A stretch of DNA of 64,000 bases from Desulfatiglandales bacterium. Its GTDB lineage: Bacteria > Desulfobacterota > DSM-4660 > Desulfatiglandales > HGW-15. The notes under the pieces were generated by a model that ran no database searches, had not been told where the DNA came from, and saw only the letters and a list, made by a program, of their open reading frames with translations. Each line of letters begins with the position of its first letter. Within the stretch, counting starts at the first letter, position 1. The translations under genes were made by a program, and so were the position numbers. Below, piece by piece: positions 35,457-47,425 of this stretch. Location of the stretch: assembly GCA_041685835.1 (NCBI GenBank), contig JAWLEX010000001.1:11374-75373 (forward strand), read 5' to 3'.

Positions 35457-36203
35457 ATGTCTTATGTAATAGTACTCGTGCTGATCGTCATGTTCCTGGC
35501 GTCGGCTGTGAGGGTTCTCAGGGAGTACGAGCGGGGCGTTATCTTTCGCCTGGGGCGCGTTATCAAGACCAAGGGACCGGGCCTGATCATACTCATTCCG
35601 GTGATTGATAAGATGGTCAAGGTGAGCCTGCGCCTCGTGGCCATGGACGTTCCTTCGCAGGACGTCATCACCAGGGACAATGTTTCGATCAAGGTGAACG
35701 CGGTTATCTATTTTCGCGTCATGAACCCGACGAACGCCACGGTGGAGGTGGAAAACTTCCTGTTCGCCACCTCCCAACTGGCCCAGACCACACTTCGAAG
35801 CGTCTGCGGCACTGTGGAGCTGGACGAACTGCTGGCGGAGCGGGAGAAGATCAACACCCGTATCCAGGAGATCCTGGACAGTCATACAGACCCGTGGGGC
35901 ATCAAGGTTTCCAATGTGGAGGTCAAGCACATCGACTTGCCGGACGAGATGCAGCGATCCATGGCCCGGCAGGCCGAGGCCGAGCGGGACAGGCGGGCCA
36001 AAGTGATCAACGCCGAAGGAGAGTACCAGGCGGCAAACCGGCTGGCCGATGCGGCGGAGATCATTCAGAGATATCCGGAAGCGCTTCAGCTCCGGTATCT
36101 CCAGACCCTGCGGGAAATCTCGTCGGAGAGCAACTCAACCACCCTCTTTCCGATTCCCATTGACCTGTTGACCCCCTTTATTCGCAAGAAATTGGAATCG
36201 TAG
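35457..36203 (+). CDS. SPFH/band 7 (stomatin-like) protein
   Basis: The sequence [15 protein letters not shown]...[18 protein letters not shown] and a coiled [15 protein letters not shown] region fit the family. It is the classical partner of nfeD. Confidence 0.9.
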   Translation: MSYVIVLVLIVMFLASAVRVLREYERGVIFRLGRVIKTKGPGLIILIPVIDKMVKVSLRLVAMDVPSQDVITRDNVSIKVNAVIYFRVMNPTNATVEVENFLFATSQLAQTTLRSVCGTVELDELLAEREKINTRIQEILDSHTDPWGIKVSNVEVKHIDLPDEMQRSMARQAEAERDRRAKVINAEGEYQAANRLADAAEIIQRYPEALQLRYLQTLREISSESNSTTLFPIPIDLLTPFIRKKLES

Positions 36204-36270
36204 CGATGGCGCATCGAGGGAGACTCGAATAATTATTCAACCTTCAAACACAATAGGACCGGAGTAAAAC

Positions 36271-36660
36271 ATGGAGGAAGAAACCAAAACGCAGGAAGAA
36301 ACCAGGGACAAGGCAAGGCTTAAGGCGGAGGAGATCGGCAAGCCGCTGGACAAGATGACGGCGATCGAACTCCGCGAAGTGGCCGTGCTCATCGAAGGCA
36401 TAACCGGCGCCAGCGCAATGAAAAAGGATGAACTCCTTAAACTGATCAAGGAGGCCTGGGACATTTCAGAGGAAGAGGCGCCCGCCGAAAAGAAGGCGGT
36501 TCGTTCCGGGGTCACGGTCAAGGAGCTTAAGCAGAAAGTCGCACGGTTCAAGGATGAAAAAGCGGCCGCCCGAAACGCCGGTGACCGGTCCAGGGTGGAT
36601 ATCTTGAGACGGCGGATCAACCGGCTCAAGAAACAGAGCAGAAAAGCGGCCCGGGCCTGA
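36271..36660 (+). CDS. Small basic protein with a Rho_N/SAP-like segment (hypothetical)
   Basis: The segment MTAIELREVAVLIEGITGASAMKKDELLKLI resembles the Rho N-terminal helical motif. The rest is Lys/Arg/Glu-rich. Confidence 0.45.
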   Translation: MEEETKTQEETRDKARLKAEEIGKPLDKMTAIELREVAVLIEGITGASAMKKDELLKLIKEAWDISEEEAPAEKKAVRSGVTVKELKQKVARFKDEKAAARNAGDRSRVDILRRRINRLKKQSRKAARA

Positions 36661-36686
36661 GCCGGGGACGGATGGAAACTAATAAA

Positions 36687-36732
36687 AGGCCGTCAGGGGG
36701 GTACGGGTGGACCCGCCCGGGCCTCTTTTTTT
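36687..36732 (+). terminator. GC-rich imperfect hairpin plus T7 tract
   Basis: AGGCCGTCAGGGGGG...CCCGCCCGGGCCT followed by CTTTTTTT. Confidence 0.5.
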
Positions 36733-36751
36733 GCTGCGGGGCCGCTGCTGA

Positions 36752-37498
36752 ATGAATACGAAAGGGGAAGGCCTGGAACCCGGGTCCGGAACAGCCGCCG
36801 CAGTGATCCCAGCCGCCGGAGCCGGGATCCGTATGGGAGCGGACCGACCCAAGCAGTTCCTGTATCTCGGCGGGAAATCCATGCTTGCCGTCACACTTGG
36901 GGCCTTCGAACGATGTGCGGCGATCCGGACCGTGGTCCTGGTCGTACCCGCCGGGGAGCTGGAGCACTGTGAACGGGAGGTTGTCCGCGGGCAGGGCCTG
37001 ACCAAGGTCCGGCATATCGTTCCGGGGGGAGCGCGTCGCCAGGATTCAGTCCGGCGCGGCCTGGAGGCATGCCCTCCGGACTGCGATATCGTGGTCGTCC
37101 ATGACGGGGTCCGCCCGCTGGTGCGCCCCGGTTTGATCGAGCATATCGTGGCCGAGGCTCGAGAGCACGGGGCGGCGATTGCGGCCCTGCCGGCCAGGGA
37201 GACGGTCAAGGAGGTCCTGGGCGGGGGCTGGGTCGGACGGACACTGGACCGCCGGAAGCTCTGGATGATACAGACGCCCCAGGCGTTTCGCCTTTCAGTG
37301 CTTCTCGAGGTCCATAAAAGGGCCGCTGAACAAGGCTGGGAGGAGATGTCCGATGACGCCCTTATGCTGGAAAGATCCGGCATTCCGGTGCGGGTGGTCG
37401 AGGGGGCTGAGGACAACATCAAGGTCACCACACAAAACGACCTCGAGGTGGCCCGGTTTCTCCTGGAAGGACGAAGGGGCGAAGATTCCGCTTTGTGA
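36752..37498 (+). CDS. ispD: 2-C-methyl-D-erythritol 4-phosphate cytidylyltransferase
   Basis: Motifs AVIPAAGAGIRMG..PKQF and VHDGVRP. Confidence 0.9.
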   Translation: MNTKGEGLEPGSGTAAAVIPAAGAGIRMGADRPKQFLYLGGKSMLAVTLGAFERCAAIRTVVLVVPAGELEHCEREVVRGQGLTKVRHIVPGGARRQDSVRRGLEACPPDCDIVVVHDGVRPLVRPGLIEHIVAEAREHGAAIAALPARETVKEVLGGGWVGRTLDRRKLWMIQTPQAFRLSVLLEVHKRAAEQGWEEMSDDALMLERSGIPVRVVEGAEDNIKVTTQNDLEVARFLLEGRRGEDSAL

Positions 37499-37518
37499 AC
37501 TCAGCCCGGGCCTTGAAG

Positions 37519-38463
37519 ATGAGCATGATTATACGAATCGGCACGAGAGGAAGCAGGCTGGCCCTGGCCCAGAGCGAGTGGGTGCGGGAGCGCGTGGAGA
37601 AACGCCATGCCGGCGTGAAGGTTGAACTGGTCCGCATCAAGACCCGGGGCGACAAGATCCTGGACTCGCCCCTCAGCCTGGTGGGCGGCAAGGGGTTGTT
37701 CGTCAAGGAAATAGAGGAGGCCTTGATAAGGGAGGAGGTGGACGCGGCTGTACACAGCATGAAGGATGTCCCCACCGAACTTCCTCAAGGTCTGGGACTG
37801 CGTGTTTTTCCGGAGCGGGAAGACCCGAGGGACGTGCTGGTTTCGGTTCGGGGTGAGCTGTTCGACAGCTTGCCAAGGGAGGCCAGGGTAGGGACGAGCA
37901 GCCTGAGGCGCGGAGCCCAGATCCTGCACCGTCGCCCGGACTTGAAGGTGTGTTCCATCCGCGGTAACGTGGAAACAAGACTAAAAAAACTTGAAACAGG
38001 AGAGGTCGAAGCGGTCGTGCTTGCGGCGGCCGGGATGCGTCGACTGGGGCTGGAAGGAAAAGTCACCCAGTTTCTCTCTATTTCCCATTTGCTGCCGGCC
38101 ATGGGACAGGGGGCATTGGGTGTGGAGATGAGGCTGGACGACGAAAAGACATGGGACACCTTTCGTTTTCTCAACCACGAGACCACCGAAATTCGTGTCA
38201 GGGCAGAGCGCGCCCTTCTGGAGACGCTGGAGGGCGGGTGTCAGGTCCCCATCGCCGGTCACGCGGTCTTGGAAGGCGATATGCTGGCATTGAGGGGCCT
38301 TGTGGCGGAACTTGACGGAAGCGTCCTCATCGCCGATGAAGCGACTGGAGACCCGGCCCGGCCCGAAGAACTCGGCCGCCGGTTGGCCCGAATGCTCCTC
38401 GATGCCGGGGCGCGGGATATCCTTCGGAGGTTGTACGGCGGCGTCGAGGGGACTACGCAGTAA
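37519..38463 (+). CDS. hemC: Hydroxymethylbilane synthase (porphobilinogen deaminase)
   Basis: Motifs IRIGTRGSRLALAQ, RGNVETRLKKL and LEGGCQVPI. The ORF track starts at GTG 37495. Confidence 0.9.
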   Translation: MSMIIRIGTRGSRLALAQSEWVRERVEKRHAGVKVELVRIKTRGDKILDSPLSLVGGKGLFVKEIEEALIREEVDAAVHSMKDVPTELPQGLGLRVFPEREDPRDVLVSVRGELFDSLPREARVGTSSLRRGAQILHRRPDLKVCSIRGNVETRLKKLETGEVEAVVLAAAGMRRLGLEGKVTQFLSISHLLPAMGQGALGVEMRLDDEKTWDTFRFLNHETTEIRVRAERALLETLEGGCQVPIAGHAVLEGDMLALRGLVAELDGSVLIADEATGDPARPEELGRRLARMLLDAGARDILRRLYGGVEGTTQ

Positions 38464-38504
38464 TACCAAAATGAGCCTTGCCGCCGGCCGCCGAAAAAGT
38501 CTTT

Positions 38505-38577
38505 TGTCTCTTGCCAAGACACCAAGGCGCAGGAAAACCTTTTAATTTATTTGCCTTTGCGACTTTGCGGGATAAAT
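38505..38577 (+). repeat. GCAAAG/CCAAGG-type intergenic repeat copy
   Basis: CCAAGACACCAAGGCGCAGGAAAACC...TTTGCCTTTGCGACTTTGCGG, directly upstream of cobA-hemD. See 31975-32050. Confidence 0.7.
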
Positions 38578-38581
38578 CACT

Positions 38582-40138
38582 ATGACAGACAATAAATCCG
38601 GCATGGTCTACCTTGTGGGGGCCGGCCCGGGCGATCCCGGGCTCCTGACGATCAAGGCCCGCGACTGCCTCCTTCAGGCGGAGGCCGTGGTGTACGATTA
38701 CCTCGCCAACCCGGCCTTCCTGGACTTCGCGCCGGAGGGGGCCGAACTTGTTTATGTGGGCAAGAAGGCGGGGTCTCAAACCCTCAGCCAGGATGAAATC
38801 AATCGTCTCATCGTGGACCTGGCCCGCACCGGCAAGCGGGTGGTCCGTCTCAAGGGGGGGGATCCGTTTATCTTCGGCCGCGGAGGGGAAGAGGCCGAAG
38901 AACTGGCTGCCGCGGGCATCCCGTTCGAGGTGGTACCCGGGGTCACTTCCGCCGTCGCAGTGCCGGCCTATGCAGGGATCCCGCTCACGCATCGGGACAT
39001 GACCGCCACCGTGGCCTTTATAACCGGGCACGAAGATCCTTCCAAAGAGCAGACCTCCATCGCCTGGGATCGGTTGGCCACCGGGGCGGGCACGCTTGTC
39101 TTCCTGATGGGCGTGGGGAACCTGCCGAACATAGCGGAACGGTTGATGGATCACGGGCGGTCAGGGGAGACCCCCACGGCCGTAGTCCGGCGGGGGACGG
39201 TGTCACGACAGCGGACCGTCACCGGCCCTCTCAAGGACATCGCCCGTATAGTGCGGGATGAAGGGATCAAACCTCCGGCCATCATCGTGGTCGGCGAGGT
39301 GGTTTCTCTAAGGGATACGCTCAACTGGTACGAGCGTCGCCCTCTGTTCGGCCGCAGGGTGGTGGTGACCCGGGCCCGCGAGCAGGCCAGCGGTTTCATG
39401 GCCCGCCTGAGCGGGCTGGGCGCCGAGTGCATCCAGTTTCCCACCATCCGGGTGGTGCCTCCTGAGAGCTGGACACCTCTCGACGAGGCGATTCGAAACC
39501 TTGGAACATACGGCTGGATTCTCTTCACCAGCGTGAACGGCGTCCGTTTCTTTTTCGAGCGGCTGGAGGCAGGAGAAAAGGATGCACGCGACCTTAAAGG
39601 TGCTTGCGTCGGCGCCATCGGTCCGGCCACGGCCGATGCGCTGAAGAGGCGCGGCATTCGACCGGACCTGGTGCCGCCGGAATACCGGGCCGAATCCATT
39701 GCGGAGGCCCTTGGGTGCGAACCGCTTGAAGGCGTGAGAGTGCTGCTGCCGCGGGCGGAAAAGGCCCGGGAGGTCCTTCCCGGCGAACTCGAGCGCAGGG
39801 GGGCCATAGTGGATGTGGTCCCGGCATACCGGACCGTGAGGCCCGACCGGGACACGACAAGGGTGCGCACCATGTTCGAGAGGGGTGAGATCGACCTGAT
39901 CACTTTTACGAGCTCCTCCACGGTAACGAATTTCGCGGACATGTTCGCCGGAGACGCCGTCTCTCTGCGGGACTGGATGAAACGGACCGCTGTGGCCTGC
40001 ATCGGGCCGATAACAGCGAAGACGGCTCAAGGGCTGGGTTTTTCCGTGGATGTTATGCCGACCAGTTACACGATCGACTCCCTGACCAAGGCGGTCTTGG
40101 ACTATTTTTCGAGTGAACAGTCGGATTCGGTGTCCTGA
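38582..40138 (+). CDS. cobA-hemD: Uroporphyrinogen-III C-methyltransferase / uroporphyrinogen-III synthase fusion
   Basis: N-terminal methyltransferase domain ([30 protein letters not shown]) plus a C-terminal HemD-like domain of about 250 aa. Confidence 0.9.
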   Translation: MTDNKSGMVYLVGAGPGDPGLLTIKARDCLLQAEAVVYDYLANPAFLDFAPEGAELVYVGKKAGSQTLSQDEINRLIVDLARTGKRVVRLKGGDPFIFGRGGEEAEELAAAGIPFEVVPGVTSAVAVPAYAGIPLTHRDMTATVAFITGHEDPSKEQTSIAWDRLATGAGTLVFLMGVGNLPNIAERLMDHGRSGETPTAVVRRGTVSRQRTVTGPLKDIARIVRDEGIKPPAIIVVGEVVSLRDTLNWYERRPLFGRRVVVTRAREQASGFMARLSGLGAECIQFPTIRVVPPESWTPLDEAIRNLGTYGWILFTSVNGVRFFFERLEAGEKDARDLKGACVGAIGPATADALKRRGIRPDLVPPEYRAESIAEALGCEPLEGVRVLLPRAEKAREVLPGELERRGAIVDVVPAYRTVRPDRDTTRVRTMFERGEIDLITFTSSSTVTNFADMFAGDAVSLRDWMKRTAVACIGPITAKTAQGLGFSVDVMPTSYTIDSLTKAVLDYFSSEQSDSVS

Positions 40139-40184
40139 TCGCCGGGCCGGGGCCTGCATCCTGCGTCCGGAAGGAGCATGATAC

Positions 40185-41564
40185 ATGGAATTCGAAAAGG
40201 ACATCCTCTGCATCGGAGCCGGGTATGTGGGCGGGCCCACCATGTCGGTGATCGCCGACCGGTGTCCGCAATACCGGGTGACCGTAGTGGACATCGATGA
40301 AGAGCGGATCCGTGCCTGGAACAGCGACCGCCTGCCCATTTATGAGCCCGGCCTGGACGAGGTCGTGGCAAGGGCCCGGGGGCGAAACCTCTTTTTCTCC
40401 GCGGACATAGAGGAGGGTATTCGGCAGGCCCATATCATCTTTGTCTCGGTGAACACGCCTACCAAGACCTTCGGCCAGGGTGCCGGGCGGGCCGCCGACC
40501 TCCAGTACTGGGAAAAGACCGCACGGCAGATCCTGGAGAACTCCTCCTCAGACAAGATCATAGTTGAAAAGTCCACCCTGCCCGTGCGCACGGCGGCCGC
40601 CATGGAGAGGATCCTGAATTCGACCTCCCGAAAACCGCATTTCGAGGTGGTCTCCAACCCCGAGTTCCTGGCCGAGGGCACGGCCATCCATGACCTGGAA
40701 AACCCGGACAGGGTACTGGTGGGCTCCCGGGAGACACCGGAAGGGATCCGCGCACGAAAGGAGATCGTAAAGATCTATGACAACTGGGTCCCGGAAGAAC
40801 GGATTTTAGAGAGCAACATCTGGAGCTCCGAACTCTCCAAGCTTACGGCCAACGCCTTCCTGGCCCAGCGGATTTCGTCCATTAATTCCATCTCGGCCCT
40901 GTGCGAGAAGACCGAGGCGGAGGTCGACGAGGTGGCATTCGCCATCGGGATGGACTCTCGCATAGGAGACAAGTTTCTTAAGGCCGGCGTGGGGTTCGGG
41001 GGGTCCTGCTTCAAGAAGGACATTCTCAACCTCGTCTACATCTGCGAGAATTACGGGCTGGATGAAGTCGCCCGGTACTGGGAGTCTGTGATTCGAATAA
41101 ACGAGTGGCAGGAGGACCGGTTCGTCCGGAACATGGTGGGCAACATGTTCAACACGGTGGCGGGAAAGCGGATCGCACTGTTCGGCTTTGCCTTCAAGGC
41201 GAATACGGGTGACACCCGGGAGTCTCCGGCCATCCATGTGGCAAGGGGCTTACTGGATGAGCATGCCCAACTCGTAGTCACCGACCCCAAGGCCCTGGAA
41301 AACGCCCGTGCTGATCTGGCCGATGTGGACGGAGACGTGACGTTCGAGGAGGACCCTTACAAGGCCGCGGACGGCGCGCACGCCATCGCCGTGGTTACGG
41401 AATGGGACTTCTTCCGGACTCTGGATTATGAGCGCATCTTTCGGGGCATGGTCTGGCCGTCCTTTATCTTCGACGGGCGCAATATCCTGGACCACGAAAA
41501 ACTATACGAGATAGGCTTCAACGTGTTTGCCATAGGAAAGGCCCCGTTGAAGCACTTCAAATAA
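40185..41564 (+). CDS. ugd: UDP-glucose 6-dehydrogenase, long (eukaryote-like) form
   Basis: Motifs [32 protein letters not shown] and [13 protein letters not shown]. It is colinear with my recollection of animal UGDH across the whole length. Confidence 0.9.
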   Translation: MEFEKDILCIGAGYVGGPTMSVIADRCPQYRVTVVDIDEERIRAWNSDRLPIYEPGLDEVVARARGRNLFFSADIEEGIRQAHIIFVSVNTPTKTFGQGAGRAADLQYWEKTARQILENSSSDKIIVEKSTLPVRTAAAMERILNSTSRKPHFEVVSNPEFLAEGTAIHDLENPDRVLVGSRETPEGIRARKEIVKIYDNWVPEERILESNIWSSELSKLTANAFLAQRISSINSISALCEKTEAEVDEVAFAIGMDSRIGDKFLKAGVGFGGSCFKKDILNLVYICENYGLDEVARYWESVIRINEWQEDRFVRNMVGNMFNTVAGKRIALFGFAFKANTGDTRESPAIHVARGLLDEHAQLVVTDPKALENARADLADVDGDVTFEEDPYKAADGAHAIAVVTEWDFFRTLDYERIFRGMVWPSFIFDGRNILDHEKLYEIGFNVFAIGKAPLKHFK

Positions 41565-42923
<1,359 letters not shown>

Positions 42924-42959
42924 GCGGAATTCGCCGTCGCGCGGGGCCCCGGCTCCTCC

Positions 42960-44846
42960 ATGAATCCCATGCATACCTGCAGCAAGACATACGACGTGAT
43001 CGTTGTAGGGGCCGGCCACGCCGGTTGCGAGGCGGCCCTTGCCGCTTCCCGAATGGGCCACCCGACCCTGCTTCTTACGATCAACCTGGATCACATTGCG
43101 GCCATGAGTTGCAATCCGGCGATCGGGGGACTCGCCAAGGGACACCTTGTCAAGGAGATCGACGCCCTGGGCGGTGAGATGGCCAAGGCGGCCGATCAGA
43201 CGGGGATCCAGTTCCGCCGGCTGAACACCAGGAAGGGCGTGGCCGTGAGAGGCTCCCGCAGTCAGAATGACCGGGACCTCTACAGAAAACGGATGAAGGC
43301 GATCGTGGAACGGCAGCCCAATCTGGACGTCCGGCAGGCGATGGTGGACCGGCTCCTGGTGGAGGAGAGGCAAATCCGGGGGGTGGAGACCAATGTCCGG
43401 GAGCGGTTTCTGTCCAGGACGGTCATCCTGACCACGGGCACGTTCCTGCGCGGCCTGATACACATCGGCCTGCAACACTTTCCCGCCGGGCGCATGGGCG
43501 ACCCGCCGAGCACGAGTCTATCGTTGCAGCTCCAAGAGCTGGGATTCGACATCGGCCGGCTCAAGACCGGCACAACACCGCGGCTGAACGGCAGGACCAT
43601 AGATTATGACGGCCTTGAAATTCAGCACGGAGACCCGGTGCCGAGGCCGTTCTCCTTTGAAACCGAAGTGCTCCCTCTGCCCCAGGTTCCCTGCCATGTC
43701 ACCTACACGAACGAGCCCTGTCACGAGGCTGTTCGCTCGGGGCTCGAGCGCTCGCCGCTTTTCAGTGGAGTCATAGAGGGGACCGGGGCCAGGTACTGCC
43801 CGTCCATTGAGGACAAGGTCGTCCGCTTCGCCGAGAAGCCCAGGCACCAGGTCTTCCTGGAACCGGAGGGGCTGGACACGGAGGAGGTGTACCCCAACGG
43901 TCTGGCAACGAGCCTTCCCGTGGATGTGCAGATTCGAATGGTCAGGGCTGTTCCGGGCCTGGAACGCGCCGAGATTCTCAGATCCGGCTATGCCATTGAG
44001 TACGATTACGTGAATCCTCTCCAGTTGAGGCCGACCCAGGAGACCAAGCTCGTGGAGGGGCTGTTTCACGCCGGCCAGATCAACGGCACAAGCGGATATG
44101 AGGAAGCCGCCGCCCAGGGGCTCTTGGCGGGGATCAACGCGGCCTTGAAAATCAGGGGGGAGGACCCTCTTATCCTTCAGAGATCCCAGGCATACGCAGG
44201 AGTCCTGATCGATGACCTTGTCACCCGGGGAACGTCAGAGCCTTACCGGATGTTCACGTCCCGCGCCGAGTACAGGCTTCTTCTCCGGGAAGACAACGCC
44301 GACCTGCGCCTGAGGGATATCGGGCACCGTCTCGGCCTGGTCTCTGACGAATTGTACCGGGCTTTTTGTCGTAAGCGGGACGCGATCGAAGGGCTTATGG
44401 GTCGCCTGGAGAAGGTGGTCCTGCGTCCGGAGCCGGGGGTTTGTGACCGGCTTCAGGAACTGGGATCATCTCCGATCAGGAATCCGACCTCTTTGGCCCG
44501 GCTTCTTAGGAGGAGTGAGATCTCCTTCCCGTCCCTCCGTGCATTCGACCCCGATCCGGCCGAAATCGACCCCAGTATCTCAGAGGAGGTGGAGGTCCGC
44601 GTTAAATACCAGGGATACATTGACAGGCAGGAGCGGCAGGTGGAGCGTCTTGCCAGAATTGAGGAGCAGCCGATTCCCGGGTCAATGGACTACGCTCAAG
44701 TGCACAGCCTGTCTAATGAGGTACGGGAAAAGCTATCACTGGTAAGGCCGGTGTCCCTGGGACAGGCCTCGCGAATCTCCGGCGTGACGCCCGCCGCCAT
44801 AATGGCTCTGCAGATTCACATCAAGCGATTTAGGGGTGACACGTAA
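42960..44846 (+). CDS. mnmG: tRNA uridine 5-carboxymethylaminomethyl modification enzyme MnmG (GidA)
   Basis: FAD motif YDVIVVGAGHAGCEAA, then GPRYCPSIE-type ARYCPSIEDK, 628 aa. Confidence 0.95.
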   Translation: MNPMHTCSKTYDVIVVGAGHAGCEAALAASRMGHPTLLLTINLDHIAAMSCNPAIGGLAKGHLVKEIDALGGEMAKAADQTGIQFRRLNTRKGVAVRGSRSQNDRDLYRKRMKAIVERQPNLDVRQAMVDRLLVEERQIRGVETNVRERFLSRTVILTTGTFLRGLIHIGLQHFPAGRMGDPPSTSLSLQLQELGFDIGRLKTGTTPRLNGRTIDYDGLEIQHGDPVPRPFSFETEVLPLPQVPCHVTYTNEPCHEAVRSGLERSPLFSGVIEGTGARYCPSIEDKVVRFAEKPRHQVFLEPEGLDTEEVYPNGLATSLPVDVQIRMVRAVPGLERAEILRSGYAIEYDYVNPLQLRPTQETKLVEGLFHAGQINGTSGYEEAAAQGLLAGINAALKIRGEDPLILQRSQAYAGVLIDDLVTRGTSEPYRMFTSRAEYRLLLREDNADLRLRDIGHRLGLVSDELYRAFCRKRDAIEGLMGRLEKVVLRPEPGVCDRLQELGSSPIRNPTSLARLLRRSEISFPSLRAFDPDPAEIDPSISEEVEVRVKYQGYIDRQERQVERLARIEEQPIPGSMDYAQVHSLSNEVREKLSLVRPVSLGQASRISGVTPAAIMALQIHIKRFRGDT

Positions 44847-44933
44847 GCGGCCCAGGTCTTCCCCAGGGAGCGCTTCTTGCAGAAAATCCTTAGTATACCC
44901 GGGAACTTCCGAGTTTTTAAAAATTGACGGGCC

Positions 44934-44961
44934 TTGACATTCAAAGGCGGGCTGGTATAAT
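44934..44961 (+). promoter_or_regulatory. Near-consensus sigma-70 promoter with an extended -10
   Basis: TTGACA (44934-44939), a 16-nt spacer ending in TGG, then TATAAT (44956-44961). An A/T-rich stretch (GAGTTTTTAAAAATT) lies upstream. Confidence 0.55.
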
Positions 44962-45273
44962 AAATGGTTTAAAAATTGATTGACTGTAGAAACCTTTAAT
45001 CTCTCGCCGACACGCCGGGAGCGCTGAGTAAAAAATAATGATTTTTGATGTGTCACCTGATTGATCTTTGCCGCCCGGGTTTTGTCTTCGTGTCCTTCAT
45101 GCTCTTCGCGGTGAATTCTCTCTGTCCTTACCACGAAGGGCACGAAGAGTACGATGGGGCGGAAGCGTAAGAATGCGCAGCTGTCTTTGTGAAACCAAGC
45201 GGTTAGGAGTTTTTGCGGCAACGCCGGACCAATGGGAGCCGGAAATGATCACGGGGCTGGAAGGGAGATTGGA

Positions 45274-46854
45274 ATGAAAGTACTGGTCAGTGACGTGCTG
45301 TCGGATGTTGGTGTTCGAATATTTGAGGAGACGCCGGGTATAGAGGTGACAGTAAAGACGGAACTTGGTCCGGAAGGAATTCTGAAGGAGATCGGGGAAT
45401 ACGATGCGCTTGTGATCCGTAGCGCCACAAAGGTGACCCGGGAGGTGATCGAGGCGGGAGAGAGGCTTAAGGTTGTAGGTCGTGCGGGTATTGGTCTTGA
45501 CAACGTGGATATTGAGGCTGCCAGTCGACGTGGTATCGTGGTTATGAATACCCCTGAGGGTAACACGATCACTACCGCGGAGCACGCCATTGCACTTCTG
45601 ATGTCGCTTACGCGTAACATACCGCGTGCTACGGCCTCGATGAAGGCGGGAAAATGGGAGAAAAAGGCGCTTAAAGGTCATGAGGTATATGGTAAGACGC
45701 TGGGGCTGGTGGGACTGGGTCATATAGGCCGGATAGTTGCGGATCGTGCCCAGGGGCTGAAGATGAAGGTGGTTGTTTATGATCCGTATCTTAAGCCGTC
45801 TGTGATCGAGGAGGCGGACTGCGAGCCTGTGGGGCTTGAAGAGCTTTTGAGGCATTCGGACTATGTCACGGTACACGTCCCGAGAACAGAGGAGACGGCC
45901 GGGCTTCTCGGTGCGGATGCGTTTTCAAAGATGAAGCCCGGGGCTATGCTGGTTAACTGTGCGCGAGGGGGGATCGTTGACGAGGAAGCCCTTTATGAGG
46001 CCCTGGCGAGCGGTCATTTGGGGGGAGCGGCGCTGGACGTATTTGAGACTGAGCCTCCCGGCGGTCACAGGCTGATGCAACTGGATAATTTTGTGTGTAC
46101 GCCGCACCTCGGCGCCTCGACGATGGAGGCCCAGGACAATGTGGCGAAGGACGTAGCCGAGCAGATAGTGTCCTACCTTCTACACGGGAGCGTAAAGAAC
46201 GCTGTTAACGTTCCCAGTGTAAGTTCTGAGCTGATGACGGTATTAAGGCCGTGGGTTGTGCTTGGTGAGAAGCTGGGCCTGTTTCAGGGGCAACTGGCGT
46301 CGAGCGGGGTTGAAGAGGTTGAGGTGAGGTATTTGGGTAAGGTGACGGAGTACGATGTCAGGCCTCTTACAACAGGGGTTTTGAAGGGGATCCTTACGCC
46401 TGTGATGAAGGATGATGTGAACTACATCAACGCTCGAATGGTGGCGTCGGATCGAGGAATCAAGGTGCTGGAGTCGACATCTGAGAAGTCGGAGGATTTC
46501 GGCAGCCTGATCATGGTGAGGGTGAAGTCGGTGGATGGAGAGAGAGTGGTTTCGGGGACGATATTCGGTAAGACGCTGCCTCGTATTCTCCGAATCAACG
46601 ATTTTTACCTGGAGGCTGTTCCTGAGGGACACATGCTTCTGATCCACAACGAGGACAAGCCCGGGGTGATCGGCCGAATCTGCTCGTCCCTTGGGGAGCA
46701 GGGCATAAACATCAGCCGCATGCATGTGGGCCAGGACCCGCACAAGGCCAGGAACATCATTATCCTGAGCACCGAGGTCCCGGCCGGTGACGAGGTGCTT
46801 CAGGAAATCCGGGGGCTGAAAGACGTTTCTTCAGCCCATCGAATCGAACTCTGA
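45274..46854 (+). CDS. serA: D-3-phosphoglycerate dehydrogenase (long form with ACT domain)
   Basis: NAD-binding motif GLVGLGHIGRIVA, then ARGGIVDE and a C-terminal ACT domain (LLIHNEDKPGVIGRI). ATG 45274 follows GGGAG. Confidence 0.9.
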   Translation: MKVLVSDVLSDVGVRIFEETPGIEVTVKTELGPEGILKEIGEYDALVIRSATKVTREVIEAGERLKVVGRAGIGLDNVDIEAASRRGIVVMNTPEGNTITTAEHAIALLMSLTRNIPRATASMKAGKWEKKALKGHEVYGKTLGLVGLGHIGRIVADRAQGLKMKVVVYDPYLKPSVIEEADCEPVGLEELLRHSDYVTVHVPRTEETAGLLGADAFSKMKPGAMLVNCARGGIVDEEALYEALASGHLGGAALDVFETEPPGGHRLMQLDNFVCTPHLGASTMEAQDNVAKDVAEQIVSYLLHGSVKNAVNVPSVSSELMTVLRPWVVLGEKLGLFQGQLASSGVEEVEVRYLGKVTEYDVRPLTTGVLKGILTPVMKDDVNYINARMVASDRGIKVLESTSEKSEDFGSLIMVRVKSVDGERVVSGTIFGKTLPRILRINDFYLEAVPEGHMLLIHNEDKPGVIGRICSSLGEQGINISRMHVGQDPHKARNIIILSTEVPAGDEVLQEIRGLKDVSSAHRIEL

Positions 46855-46969
46855 ACCAGCCGGGAAATCGGCTGTTATAGGCGGGTGTTTTTGCAGGGCG
46901 GAACATGGTGGAATAATGGGCGGATCGGCGGTCCCGGCCGCTGTGCCGGGTGCGATGAGGAGGGATGCC

Positions 46970-47425
46970 ATGGAAACCGATGAAAAAGGATTTGTTGTCA
47001 AGGACAGGCGGGTTTTCGATGACAGAGGCGATCCACGCGAGGAGGAGACCAAGGAGACTCCGGACTCAAACGTTGAAGCCGATGCCGGCAAGCAGGATCG
47101 GTCCGAAGAGATAACCAGTGAAAAGAATCAGGGAGAAAAATCCAGGGAGGAAGCCGACCAGCAGTGGAGATCCCAACCGCTTCCGGAGGTCAATTTCAGC
47201 ACGCTGATAATGAGCCTCAGCTCTTCGGCCCTGCTACATATGGGAGAGATCCCTGATCCCCAAACCGGTCGAAAAACCAAAGATCTTAGCCTGGCCAAGC
47301 ACACAATCGACACCATCGGCATGCTTAAGGACAAGACAAAAGGCAACCTTGATGACGAGGAGCAGAGGTTCCTGGACACTATGCTGGCTGACTTGAGGTG
47401 GCGTTTCGTCAAGGCGTCGGGATGA
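46970..47425 (+). CDS. DUF1844-like protein
   Basis: Acidic N-terminal half, then LPEVNFSTLIMSLSSSALLHMGEIPDP...LAKHTIDTIGMLKDKTKGNL as I recall for DUF1844. GAGGAGGG precedes ATG 46970. Confidence 0.6.
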   Translation: METDEKGFVVKDRRVFDDRGDPREEETKETPDSNVEADAGKQDRSEEITSEKNQGEKSREEADQQWRSQPLPEVNFSTLIMSLSSSALLHMGEIPDPQTGRKTKDLSLAKHTIDTIGMLKDKTKGNLDDEEQRFLDTMLADLRWRFVKASG

